A stretch of 32,000 bases of DNA from Akkermansia muciniphila ATCC BAA-835 (GCF_000020225.1 NC_010655.1:1620001-1652000), one strand, 5' to 3'; positions 8,768 through 15,774 are shown, counted from the stretch's first letter. Numbers and translations are program-made. The notes: a model not told the origin generated them from the letters alone.

Positions 8768-10327
8768 ATGATGATTCTGAGTCAGGCAGCCCCGTTTGAC
8801 ATGGCCACTACCAGCGGCATTGCCCAATCGGTGACGCTTCGTTTTGTGGACGGTGCCGGCGCCGCAAAAGATATTTCCGGCCATGAGTTCCGTTGTGCTG
8901 TCCGCGGCCCTGGCGCCGCCGCCATCAAATGCGAGCCTGTAGACGCCAATACGGCTCTTTTGTCGTGGAGCCCTCTCAAGGCCGGAACGCATGCTTATGA
9001 CCTTTTCATGACCTCTCCTGATGGGGCGGAGCGCCCCTTGATTAAAGGGGAAATCCAGGCCGCTTCCCGTGTTACGCCGCCGGGCAGTGAAGATGTGGTT
9101 ACAATTGGAGACGTGAAAATCATGATCCCTGACGCCGCGGAAGGAGAGGTGAAAATTATCGATCCTTCCGTGGATGCTGCTGAACGGGCTGAATCCGCTG
9201 CTCAAGAAGCCTCAAATGCCAGGAACGATGCTCAGAATGCCAAAAAAGAAGCGGAAAAATCAGCAGAAAGTGCCGCGACATCCGCCACGGCGGCCCAACA
9301 GGCCCTTGAGGCCATTCCGCAGGTGGACGCATCCGGCAACATGACGCTGGACGGCAATATCACCGCGGCGGGAGGCACGTTTGACGGGGCCGTCAACGCC
9401 AATGGAGGTATCAACATCCCGCTTGCCGCGGGGGCGCTGACCGATATGTCAGCGGTCAACCGCCTTTACGCCGCCGGGCTGGCTGCCGTAACTGATGCTT
9501 TTTCCGTCAGGTGTTATCCGCTCCCGGCGAATTGCTCGTCTTCCAACGGGACGGTTTTCAAAACAGACAAGGAACCCAATTCCCTTTATTTCAACGTCCC
9601 GGCTAATTCCGCCTTTACCGTGAAATGCGGCCTCGTGACCAACGCGAGGCCCATGCACAATTATTCCAGCATCCGGGGGTGGGTGGCTCCGGTGCGCCTT
9701 CCGGCTGTCAGCGCTAAATTCACGGCCAGGTTCGGACAGATGACAACGGTCGTGCGCATGGGAAGGGACAGGGACGCATTTACGCTGGTGCCGGATCAGG
9801 CGGCGGGCGGCTACAGGATTGGGGAGATTATCGATATTACGTTTGATCATGTCCGGGACGCGGCCGCAGGGGGGTATCACATTCGTGTCCGGGAGATTTA
9901 TTATTCCAATGCCGAGCAGAAATGGAAGATGAAGACGACGCAGGCCCTCGCGCCGGAGACGTCTTCCAATTCCGGTTATCCCGTCTGCGTGTACGCGGTG
10001 GTTTACGAGCAATACCAGGACGGAGGATATGATACCGAAGACAGGGGAGCGTTGTGGCTGCTGCATGGCGGGAATTCCACCCGCGGCTGCGTCAAGATCG
10101 CCACGGTGAGGGGAGTCCATTGCTTTGAGAATATTTATCCCTTTTCCGGATATTATCTTGATATGGAGAATGCCAACAGCTGGGCGTTGGCCGGAGCGTT
10201 CCTTCCGGCGACGATGCACTTGCATTGCAATAATGTCAATCCGGCGTATTACGGGTTTTCCTCCATGGAGAGCAATATCATTGTCTCCGAGGCGGTGGAG
10301 GATTTTGTTGACCCGGAAGCCGAATAA
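8768..10327 (+). CDS. Tail fibre / receptor-binding-like protein
   Basis: 519 aa. Has the Ala/Ser/Glu-rich helical segment common in phage fibres (AAERAESAAQEASNARNDAQNAKKEAEKSAESAATSATAAQQALEAI). This is followed by GNMTLDGNITAAGGTFDGAVNANGGINIP...DMSAVNRLY and a unique C-terminal domain. Confidence 0.6.
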   Translation: MMILSQAAPFDMATTSGIAQSVTLRFVDGAGAAKDISGHEFRCAVRGPGAAAIKCEPVDANTALLSWSPLKAGTHAYDLFMTSPDGAERPLIKGEIQAASRVTPPGSEDVVTIGDVKIMIPDAAEGEVKIIDPSVDAAERAESAAQEASNARNDAQNAKKEAEKSAESAATSATAAQQALEAIPQVDASGNMTLDGNITAAGGTFDGAVNANGGINIPLAAGALTDMSAVNRLYAAGLAAVTDAFSVRCYPLPANCSSSNGTVFKTDKEPNSLYFNVPANSAFTVKCGLVTNARPMHNYSSIRGWVAPVRLPAVSAKFTARFGQMTTVVRMGRDRDAFTLVPDQAAGGYRIGEIIDITFDHVRDAAAGGYHIRVREIYYSNAEQKWKMKTTQALAPETSSNSGYPVCVYAVVYEQYQDGGYDTEDRGALWLLHGGNSTRGCVKIATVRGVHCFENIYPFSGYYLDMENANSWALAGAFLPATMHLHCNNVNPAYYGFSSMESNIIVSEAVEDFVDPEAE

Positions 10328-10356
10328 GAAACGACGGAAGAAACGACTACCGAAGA

Positions 10357-10773
10357 TTGAGCATGAATAATTCAGAGATACAGATACAGTTTCCCCGGCC
10401 CGGCGAGTGGGGAGAATTCACCCTGACGGCCATTTATCAGGACAAGGGCGGTTATAGACCTCCGGCGCGCTATACGCAGGACGAGATACCAGCGGAACAG
10501 ACCCCGGCCATGCAGGCCGTCGTTGCCTCTCTGGTGGGCATGGGTGAGGACTGGCAGGCGGTGCAGGTGTGGGCACGGCTGGGAAAAGATGTCCTGACCC
10601 TTGCGGAGGATGGTGCCTATACAATGATTGATGCGGTATCTTTGACCGTTGAGGCCGTCCATGCGGAGACCAAAGGCCGCAGGATTTTTACAGTCTCGGA
10701 CTACCCGGCTTTTATCCTGACCGACCCCGCCGCCGTGGAGTTTTTTCAAGCACTTCACTACCTCTACCAATAA
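10357..10773 (+). CDS. Hypothetical phage protein (follows the fibre gene)
   Basis: 138-aa ORF on the same strand, closely spaced. No recognisable motif. Confidence 0.45.
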   Translation: MSMNNSEIQIQFPRPGEWGEFTLTAIYQDKGGYRPPARYTQDEIPAEQTPAMQAVVASLVGMGEDWQAVQVWARLGKDVLTLAEDGAYTMIDAVSLTVEAVHAETKGRRIFTVSDYPAFILTDPAAVEFFQALHYLYQ

Positions 10774-10785
10774 CAACATAATCAT

Positions 10786-11250
10786 ATGACTACTAATAAT
10801 CAATGCAATCATGCCGAGGCTATCGCCAGAGAAATGCACATGTACTATGCAGCCCAGGCACACAATGAGTCCAACACTCCAATCCCTCACTGGGCAGACC
10901 TGACGGAAAACGATCAACAAGGATGGATTGCCGTAGCAAATACTGCCCTCCCGATCATCGGTAAGCATGCGCTGGAAGATGTTCGGGCCTATCTCGGCCT
11001 CAAGGCTTCCGGCGCGTCCACTTGGTGGAAAAAGGCCCTATATGCAGCCGGAGCGGTTATCGCTGGCGCCATCCTTGGCGGCTTGGGAATGTCCCTCTCC
11101 GGCTGCGGTCATTCCGTGGACGTAACGCCGGGCCGCGCCGAGGTATGCAAAGACGGCTCCTGCCTCGTCATTGAGCAGGGACATATCTCCTATTCCCAGG
11201 CCCAGCCGGAAACGGACGTTCCGCCCGTTGTTCAACCTCTGAAAAAGTGA
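10786..11250 (+). CDS. Membrane-anchored phage protein at the head of the lysis cassette
   Basis: 154 aa. Soluble N-terminal domain, then a single hydrophobic helix ALYAAGAVIAGAILGGLGMSLSGC ending in a lipobox-like LSGC. Short Cys-containing tail. The gene ends 4 nt before the holin-like gene. Confidence 0.45.
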   Translation: MTTNNQCNHAEAIAREMHMYYAAQAHNESNTPIPHWADLTENDQQGWIAVANTALPIIGKHALEDVRAYLGLKASGASTWWKKALYAAGAVIAGAILGGLGMSLSGCGHSVDVTPGRAEVCKDGSCLVIEQGHISYSQAQPETDVPPVVQPLKK

Positions 11251-11254
11251 AGCC

Positions 11255-11533
11255 ATGACCGGATCTGTTGTCAACGCGGGCCTGCTGGGGGCTAATGCCC
11301 TGTCCGTGATTGCGTCCGTCACGTCAGGCAACCCCTTTTTGGAGTACATTCAAAACGGGGCCAGCGTGGCCGCGGTCATGGGAATTTTTCTGTGGCGGGA
11401 AATGAAACGGGCGGAACGTTATGAGCGGCTCTATGACGAGGAACGCAAAAAACGCATTGATGCGGAAAATAAATGTTCCGGCTGCGAGTTCACGCGCAAG
11501 GCGCATGAAGAATTCCTGGACAACAGGGACTAG
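11255..11533 (+). CDS. Holin-like small membrane protein
   Basis: 92 aa. Two hydrophobic helices (VVNAGLLGANALSVIASV, GASVAAVMGIFLW) and a highly charged C-terminus (REMKRAERYERLYDEERKKRIDAENK). Lies directly upstream of the endolysin. Confidence 0.55.
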   Translation: MTGSVVNAGLLGANALSVIASVTSGNPFLEYIQNGASVAAVMGIFLWREMKRAERYERLYDEERKKRIDAENKCSGCEFTRKAHEEFLDNRD

Positions 11534-11558
11534 TTTCAACTGTAAAGTTTTTCTTACA

Positions 11559-11577
11559 AGTTCTAACCAGTTCTAAC
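11559..11577. repeat. Tandem direct repeat AGTTCTAAC x2 (10-bp period) between the holin-like and endolysin genes
   Basis: AGTTCTAACcAGTTCTAAC, read directly from the sequence. Confidence 0.6.
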
Positions 11578-11594
11578 AGAAATAATTGATAACT

Positions 11595-12176
11595 ATGAAT
11601 CCTACAGAAAGAAAGATGGCTGCGGCCATCCTCCGGTTTGAAGACAGCCGCGTCACCGGGCCTGATTCCCTGCGCGTTTCCCGCCTTCCCGCCGCCGACA
11701 AGGGCGGCAAGTGGGAGATTTGCGGCATTTGCAACGGTATTGAACCGGACGTGTTTAACAGGTTGAAGGCCCTGCTGGATGCCGGAAGACGTGAAGACGC
11801 CTGGGAAGGTTGTCTTCAGTACGTCCTGGATAATACCGCCGCCGTGCGTTCCTGGCTGGGTTCTGACGCTTTTCCTGGCGTTGAATTCATCCTGCGGGAC
11901 CATTTTTTCAATTCCGGGAGCAGGAATACCGGGAAGATCCTGCAACGTGCGCTGAATATTCACGGTGCCGGGCTCACGGTGGACGGGATTGTCGGCCCCA
12001 AGACCCGGCAGGAACTACAGGACCAGCTGGCCGCCACGGGTGAAGCGGTGTTCCTTATCGCTCTGCAGGAGAAGCGTCAGGCGTTTTACCGTTCGTGCAA
12101 GCAGTTCCCGACCTTCGGGCGTGGCTGGTTGAACCGCTGCGACGATGCGTTCAGCGTGGCCCAGGAGCTTGTTTAG
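11595..12176 (+). CDS. Endolysin, GH108-type muramidase with a C-terminal peptidoglycan-binding domain
   Basis: N-terminal ILRFEDSRVTG...DKGGKWEICGI resembles the GH108 catalytic region. C-terminal LQRALNIHGAGLTVDGIVGPKTRQEL...FGRGWLNRC resembles PG_binding_3. ATG at 11595 is preferred over the TTG at 11586. Confidence 0.7.
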   Translation: MNPTERKMAAAILRFEDSRVTGPDSLRVSRLPAADKGGKWEICGICNGIEPDVFNRLKALLDAGRREDAWEGCLQYVLDNTAAVRSWLGSDAFPGVEFILRDHFFNSGSRNTGKILQRALNIHGAGLTVDGIVGPKTRQELQDQLAATGEAVFLIALQEKRQAFYRSCKQFPTFGRGWLNRCDDAFSVAQELV

Positions 12177-12196
12177 GGTTATTTGTTTCTATCCAC

Positions 12197-12222
12197 GCCC
12201 CCTATTTGAGGGGGCTTTTTTT
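12197..12222. terminator. Rho-independent terminator (bidirectional position between endolysin and hicB)
   Basis: GCCCCCT-atttg-AGGGGGC followed by TTTTTTT. Lies between convergent genes. Confidence 0.75.
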
Positions 12223-12242
12223 GTTGCCTGGGCAAAATAACG

Positions 12243-12686
12243 TCAGGAATTGATCAATTCAGGATGCTTTTCAATAAGGTCAAGCAATTTTGCGGAAGGG
12301 CCGCAGGGGCGCCGCAAGCCGTGTTCCCATTTGACCAGCGTGGAAGGACTGACTCCCAGCACGGCGGCAAAATCTTTCTGACTCATTCCCTGGCTTTTCC
12401 TTAACCGCGCAATGCTTTTTTCATTGCCTGTTTCGCGGAAAGGTGACGGAGAAATAGCTATGGACCGGGGCTGGGGGAGTTCCATTCCCTTTTCCAGATA
12501 ACGTTCAATATACATTTCCGCCACTTCCTGAAGGTTGCGGTTGACTTCTTCCAGGGTTTCCCCGTGGGTGCAGTCCTTTTCAAAATCAGGCAGGGAACCG
12601 ATGTAGCAATTATCTTCATCGCTCCACCGGATGAAACGGCTGTATTTCCCGGCAAGCGCCTTCATGTCCTGTTCAGTCATTTTCAT
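12243..12686 (-). CDS. hicB: HicB-family antitoxin fused to a C-terminal XRE-type HTH
   Basis: N-terminal HicB pattern (RWSDEDNCYIGSLPDFEKDCTHGETLEEVNRNLQEVAEMYIERYLEKGMELPQP). C-terminal HTH (LRKSQGMSQKDFAAVLGVSPSTLVKWEHG). Lies 29 nt downstream of hicA. Confidence 0.8.
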   Translation of the reverse strand: MKMTEQDMKALAGKYSRFIRWSDEDNCYIGSLPDFEKDCTHGETLEEVNRNLQEVAEMYIERYLEKGMELPQPRSIAISPSPFRETGNEKSIARLRKSQGMSQKDFAAVLGVSPSTLVKWEHGLRRPCGPSAKLLDLIEKHPELINS

Positions 12687-12715
12687 AGTTGTTTTTCTTG
12701 GGGTTGCAAGGGAGC

Positions 12716-12925
12716 TTACGCTCCCTTGCTTTTTGCCTCTTCTATCTTCTCCCTGACGTGCTTGACCAGATAGGGCTTGGCATCGTCTCCATCATGCCCG
12801 CAGATGGTCGCTACCGTACCGGAGGCCCGATGCTCATACTGACGGTGGGAACCTTTGCCGCGGCCCGTATTGTCAAAGCCCGCCTTGCGAAGATCGGCAA
12901 CTAGTTGTCGTATCTTAGGAGGCAT
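12716..12925 (-). CDS. hicA: HicA-family mRNA interferase toxin
   Basis: MPPKIRQLVADLRKAGFDNTGRGKGSHRQYEH...ICGHDGDDAKPYLVKHVREKI matches the HicA/YcfA pattern. Start trimmed from 12973 to the MPPKIR methionine. Confidence 0.8.
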   Translation of the reverse strand: MPPKIRQLVADLRKAGFDNTGRGKGSHRQYEHRASGTVATICGHDGDDAKPYLVKHVREKIEEAKSKGA

Positions 12926-12941
12926 GCCTACAATATAGTTG

Positions 12942-12979
12942 CACAATGTGAAAATAGCAAGGATTGTTTTCACATTGTG
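12942..12979. promoter_or_regulatory. 13-bp perfect inverted repeat upstream of hicA (candidate operator)
   Basis: CACAATGTGAAAA-N12-TTTTCACATTGTG, 17-54 nt upstream of the hicA start on the minus strand. Contains the ATGTGA/TCACAT half-site also seen at 13.8 and 15.5 kb. Confidence 0.55.
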
Positions 12980-13145
12980 TCATTTTTTGCTGAGGCAGAA
13001 CTATTGTCTTTCTTAGGATACCCAAGAAAAATATTCTTATTTCTCTTGTCTTGGCTTGTCTTTAGACAATTCCTTGGGACAAAGGGAAGATGGGAGTTTC
13101 ATTTTATCCATGGAAATAGGACGGAGATATACTGGTTTTCTGTCA

Positions 13146-13742
13146 CTATGTGTGATTAATTCCTTGTTCGACTTTCTCGTTTGTCTGTTGTTGATTGGCT
13201 GTTCTGGCATGGCTGTTTGATATGGCTTCAAAGGAAAGATATACAGTACTTGCTAATGCGAACAAGAATAAAAGAAATGCTGCGTTGTTGCAATATTTTA
13301 CTATTTTATCCATTTTATTTGCTTCTTCATCACTTTTGGCAGCTTGTTTTTCATCTCCATTTTGTTGATGAGCTATTTTGTTAGCGTACTCACGATGAAG
13401 CGTTGCGCCAGCAAGGAATGAAATCATTACACAAGAAACAACTGCTGCCCACAAAATCAGTGATATACGAAAATGTATGGTAGAAAGTATTATATTTTCT
13501 CCTTTTAGCAGATATATTAGACCAATGGCGGAGGATGAAATTGTTATAGTTGTTTTGTCCCAATTGGCTTGCGCTCGTGATGAAACTTCCAACGCACGAA
13601 GCCTTTCTTGTTGTTGTATTTTATAGTTTTCTATAGTAAGAGTATTTTCAAAATCACAGCGAATTTTTTCAGTTTCATCTATTTGTTGCTTTGGGGCTTG
13701 TTCGGGGTTATTTCCCGTTGTAAAGGATAGATGGAAATTCAT
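13146..13742 (-). CDS. Orphan 3-TM membrane protein with an N-terminal helical/coiled region
   Basis: 198 aa. Polar N-terminus (~60 aa, QQQERLRALEVSSRAQANWDK), then TM segments ITISSSAIGLIYLL, ISLILWAAVVSCVMISFLAGATL and AAFLLFLFALASTVYLSF, with a charged helix between TM2 and TM3. Sits in the strongly AT-rich region. Confidence 0.6.
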   Translation of the reverse strand: MNFHLSFTTGNNPEQAPKQQIDETEKIRCDFENTLTIENYKIQQQERLRALEVSSRAQANWDKTTITISSSAIGLIYLLKGENIILSTIHFRISLILWAAVVSCVMISFLAGATLHREYANKIAHQQNGDEKQAAKSDEEANKMDKIVKYCNNAAFLLFLFALASTVYLSFEAISNSHARTANQQQTNEKVEQGINHT

Positions 13743-13842
13743 AATAAATATTTGCTAGTTCAATGAATAAATATAAAATTAAGAACTTTTTCTATTTGCT
13801 TTCTCTTACTATATTTTCACATTCATTTTTATTTAATAAAGA

Positions 13843-14412
13843 TTATTTTTTGCGTTTTTTGATGAATAAACGGATAATAGGCATCGCAAAAAGTATCGAA
13901 AAAATTAGAAATACGATGCCCAAATGTCCAAACCCCGAAAGTCTTGATGTGCTGAAGAAGCATAGTCCGCTAACTACCAGACAAAAAATACCTCCTATGT
14001 AACGACAAATAGTGCGGTCTCCTACTACATGAGCCCAATAAGCAATAAATAGGTATCCCAGAATGGCAGGGAAAAGAGACAAGATAACAGTAGATGGTTC
14101 TCCGTATTTCCTAAAACAAGGTGTGGCTATAAGAGGAAGTGAGATAATCATAAAGATAGTGCCAACTCCTGTCCATATAGTCGCTGAGATTGAAGTATCA
14201 ACATTCTTTTTTCTCTGATACAGTTGAGGCGCTACTTCTACCGGAGTGGAAAAAAGAGCGCCATAAGTGACCCATGCGGGAGCCCCTTCCGGGCAAACAG
14301 GAGTCTGGTTATCAATTGTTTCTTGGGATTTTAACGCCTTCAGATATTCAACAGGATAAGGCCCTGACACTTCTCCATTCAGAGATATAAAATAATTCGG
14401 CATAGTTGGCAT
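13843..14412 (-). CDS. GYF_2 (DUF4339)-like N-terminal domain fused to a ~4-TM membrane domain
   Basis: 189 aa. YFISLNGEVSGPYPVEYLKALKSQETIDNQTPVCPEGAPAWVTYGALF fits the GYF_2 pattern (Y..g..GP...l..l...i...t.v..eG...W). Four hydrophobic segments follow, then a KKRKK tail. Confidence 0.6.
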   Translation of the reverse strand: MPTMPNYFISLNGEVSGPYPVEYLKALKSQETIDNQTPVCPEGAPAWVTYGALFSTPVEVAPQLYQRKKNVDTSISATIWTGVGTIFMIISLPLIATPCFRKYGEPSTVILSLFPAILGYLFIAYWAHVVGDRTICRYIGGIFCLVVSGLCFFSTSRLSGFGHLGIVFLIFSILFAMPIIRLFIKKRKK

Positions 14413-14439
14413 TTTATTATCTTTTGATCAAGATACAAC

Positions 14440-14463
14440 AAAAAAGCCTCATGACCTGGAGGC
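14440..14463 (-). terminator. Weak rho-independent terminator-like hairpin on the minus strand
   Basis: Minus strand reads GCCTC-caggtcat-GAGGC followed by TTTTTTG. The stem is only 5 bp. Located 225 nt downstream of the 252-aa gene and 28 nt upstream of the GYF-TM gene start. Confidence 0.35.
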
Positions 14464-14687
14464 CAAGGAGGGATCAGATGGAGACAGTTCTTGGACACAG
14501 GGTTCAAGGAGGTCAAGCCTTCTTCCACCTGTTCAGGTTTTCCCGTCTCTTTGAAGCCACTTCTTGATGTAACTCTTCGAGTGTATTCGTTAAAAATATC
14601 ATACCAAAAAAGAGAAAACAAGAGAGAAGGCTTCTGGAAATGGATCAAAAAGTCCAGCAGTTGTTAAGCTTGGTTGACAGGGGAATT

Positions 14688-15446
14688 TTAGAATGGGATT
14701 TCGTCATCCATATTGTCCCATGGGAAGAGAGAGCCTTCTTCTTTTTTTAAAAAATTATCTAAGTCTTTATTAATACGTTCTTCTGCCCATTTTCTCAACA
14801 CGCTTGCAACCCATTCGCTGAAATTTGAAAAACCATCTATTTTGGCAGCTACCCTCGCATACAGAAGTGGGAAATTATCACTTACTACAACTCCCCAATA
14901 TTCATCTGTTGGAATGTCAGATAAGGCAACCATTGAGGCTTCAGCTTGCTCCATTGTAAGAATGTTAAATTTGATATTTTTCTTTTTACATTTTTCCTTC
15001 TCTTGAAGCAGTAGTTCACGAGTTTTGCTTGTAAGTATATTAGTAATTATTGATATGTGACTTCTATTAATAGTAATCTCTGATTGTGGATTATAAAAAA
15101 CATTCTCTATTTCAGCATTTAATGCATATGCCATCAATGAGGCATCAGCTTCATCAACCACCGCAATATAAAATTGTTTCTTGGGAATATTATACGCCTT
15201 TGGAGATGGATCGAAATCCGGATTTATAAAATGATAGCGATTGTCTTTATGATAATTTACCTGAAGTGCATCAATACTATCAACATTCTCTTCAATAATA
15301 GGATTCCCTCCGTAAAACCAATTTTTAACTGTTCCTTCTGACTTCCCCAACCAGCTAGCTAGCCACTTCATAGAAAGACCTCGGTCTCGAAGCCAAGCTC
15401 TGACATTCTGCTTATAGATGGCTTGAGGATCTTTTTCTTCATCCAT
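14688..15446 (-). CDS. Repressor-like protein: N-terminal HTH plus an unknown ~190-aa C-terminal domain
   Basis: 252 aa. N-terminal VRAWLRDRGLSMKWLASWLGKSEGTVKNWFYG is HTH-like. Divergently transcribed from the excisionase-like gene across a repeat-rich 115-bp region. AT-rich. Confidence 0.6.
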   Translation of the reverse strand: MDEEKDPQAIYKQNVRAWLRDRGLSMKWLASWLGKSEGTVKNWFYGGNPIIEENVDSIDALQVNYHKDNRYHFINPDFDPSPKAYNIPKKQFYIAVVDEADASLMAYALNAEIENVFYNPQSEITINRSHISIITNILTSKTRELLLQEKEKCKKKNIKFNILTMEQAEASMVALSDIPTDEYWGVVVSDNFPLLYARVAAKIDGFSNFSEWVASVLRKWAEERINKDLDNFLKKEEGSLFPWDNMDDEIPF

Positions 15447-15457
15447 AGATTTATATA

Positions 15458-15560
15458 GTGTGATTATATGTGATATGTCAAGCCATGTGCGAGTAATTTT
15501 TTCACATGCTAAAATATTTTGGTGGACTTTATGTGAGATTATATGATATCACATCACACA
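15458..15560. promoter_or_regulatory. Divergent switch region with repeated ATGTGA/TCACAT half-sites
   Basis: ATGTGA at 15468-15473 and 15531-15536. TCACAT at 15502-15507 and 15549-15554. The 24-bp unit ATGTGAGATTATATGATATCACAT spans 15531-15554. Direct repeat GATTATATG(T)GATAT at 15462 and 15537. Confidence 0.6.
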
Positions 15561-15561
15561 T

Positions 15562-15774
15562 ATGAGCAACATCAGCAATCTTACTGCTACGGAACTAGCA
15601 CAGTCACTCCGAGTACATAAAAACACCGTTTCTATGTGGGCTCGCATGGGGATGCCCTGCATCTACATTGGCAGAGTCACGGAACCTCGCCGCGGAGCTC
15701 GCCCTCGTTACGATCTGGAAAAGGTGAAAGCCTGGCTGGAAGAACGGAGCAAGAAAAGAACTTCCGTGGCTTGA
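15562..15774 (+). CDS. Excisionase/AlpA-like (HTH_17, MerR-superfamily) DNA-binding protein; Cro- or Xis-like role
   Basis: 70 aa. LTATELAQSLRVHKNTVSMWARMGMPCIYIG...RYDLEKVKAWLEER fits the excisionase-type HTH pattern. Confidence 0.6.
   Translation: MSNISNLTATELAQSLRVHKNTVSMWARMGMPCIYIGRVTEPRRGARPRYDLEKVKAWLEERSKKRTSVA

Noticed and set aside
10080-10327. Possible diversity-generating retroelement target: the C-terminus of the fibre-like protein has W..AGAF...(17 aa)...YGF, reminiscent of CLec-fold DGR variable regions
   Set aside because: There is no reverse transcriptase gene, no Avd-like four-helix protein (ORF 10357..10773 does not look like one) and no template-repeat copy of this segment in the window. 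The resemblance is a short motif only. A TR/RT search in the rest of the genome would still be worthwhile.
6559-10968. Minus-strand ORFs antisense to terS, terL, the fibre gene and ORF 10357 (6559..7047, 6774..7250, 7310..7871, 8247..9205, 9449..10225, 10372..10968)
   Set aside because: The plus-strand genes carry recognisable motifs and are translationally coupled. The antisense products are R/P/G/H-rich and motif-free.
12926-12973. Longer HicA start at 12973 (MKTILAIFTLCNYIVG...)
   Set aside because: The extension is hydrophobic and not HicA-like, and it would run through the palindromic operator. The conserved HicA core begins at MPPKIR (12925).
13037-14002. Small ORFs 13037..13231 (-), 13181..13384 (+) and 13763..14002 (+) in the AT-rich island
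   Set aside because: They overlap the better-supported membrane-protein genes in other frames or strands. They have low-complexity, AT-driven composition (K/N/I/F-rich).
14379-14648. 89-aa minus-strand ORF across the 14.4-14.7 kb spacer
   Set aside because: It overlaps the start of the GYF-TM gene, runs through the terminator-like hairpin and has no convincing start context. The region is treated as non-coding or small-RNA (see finding).
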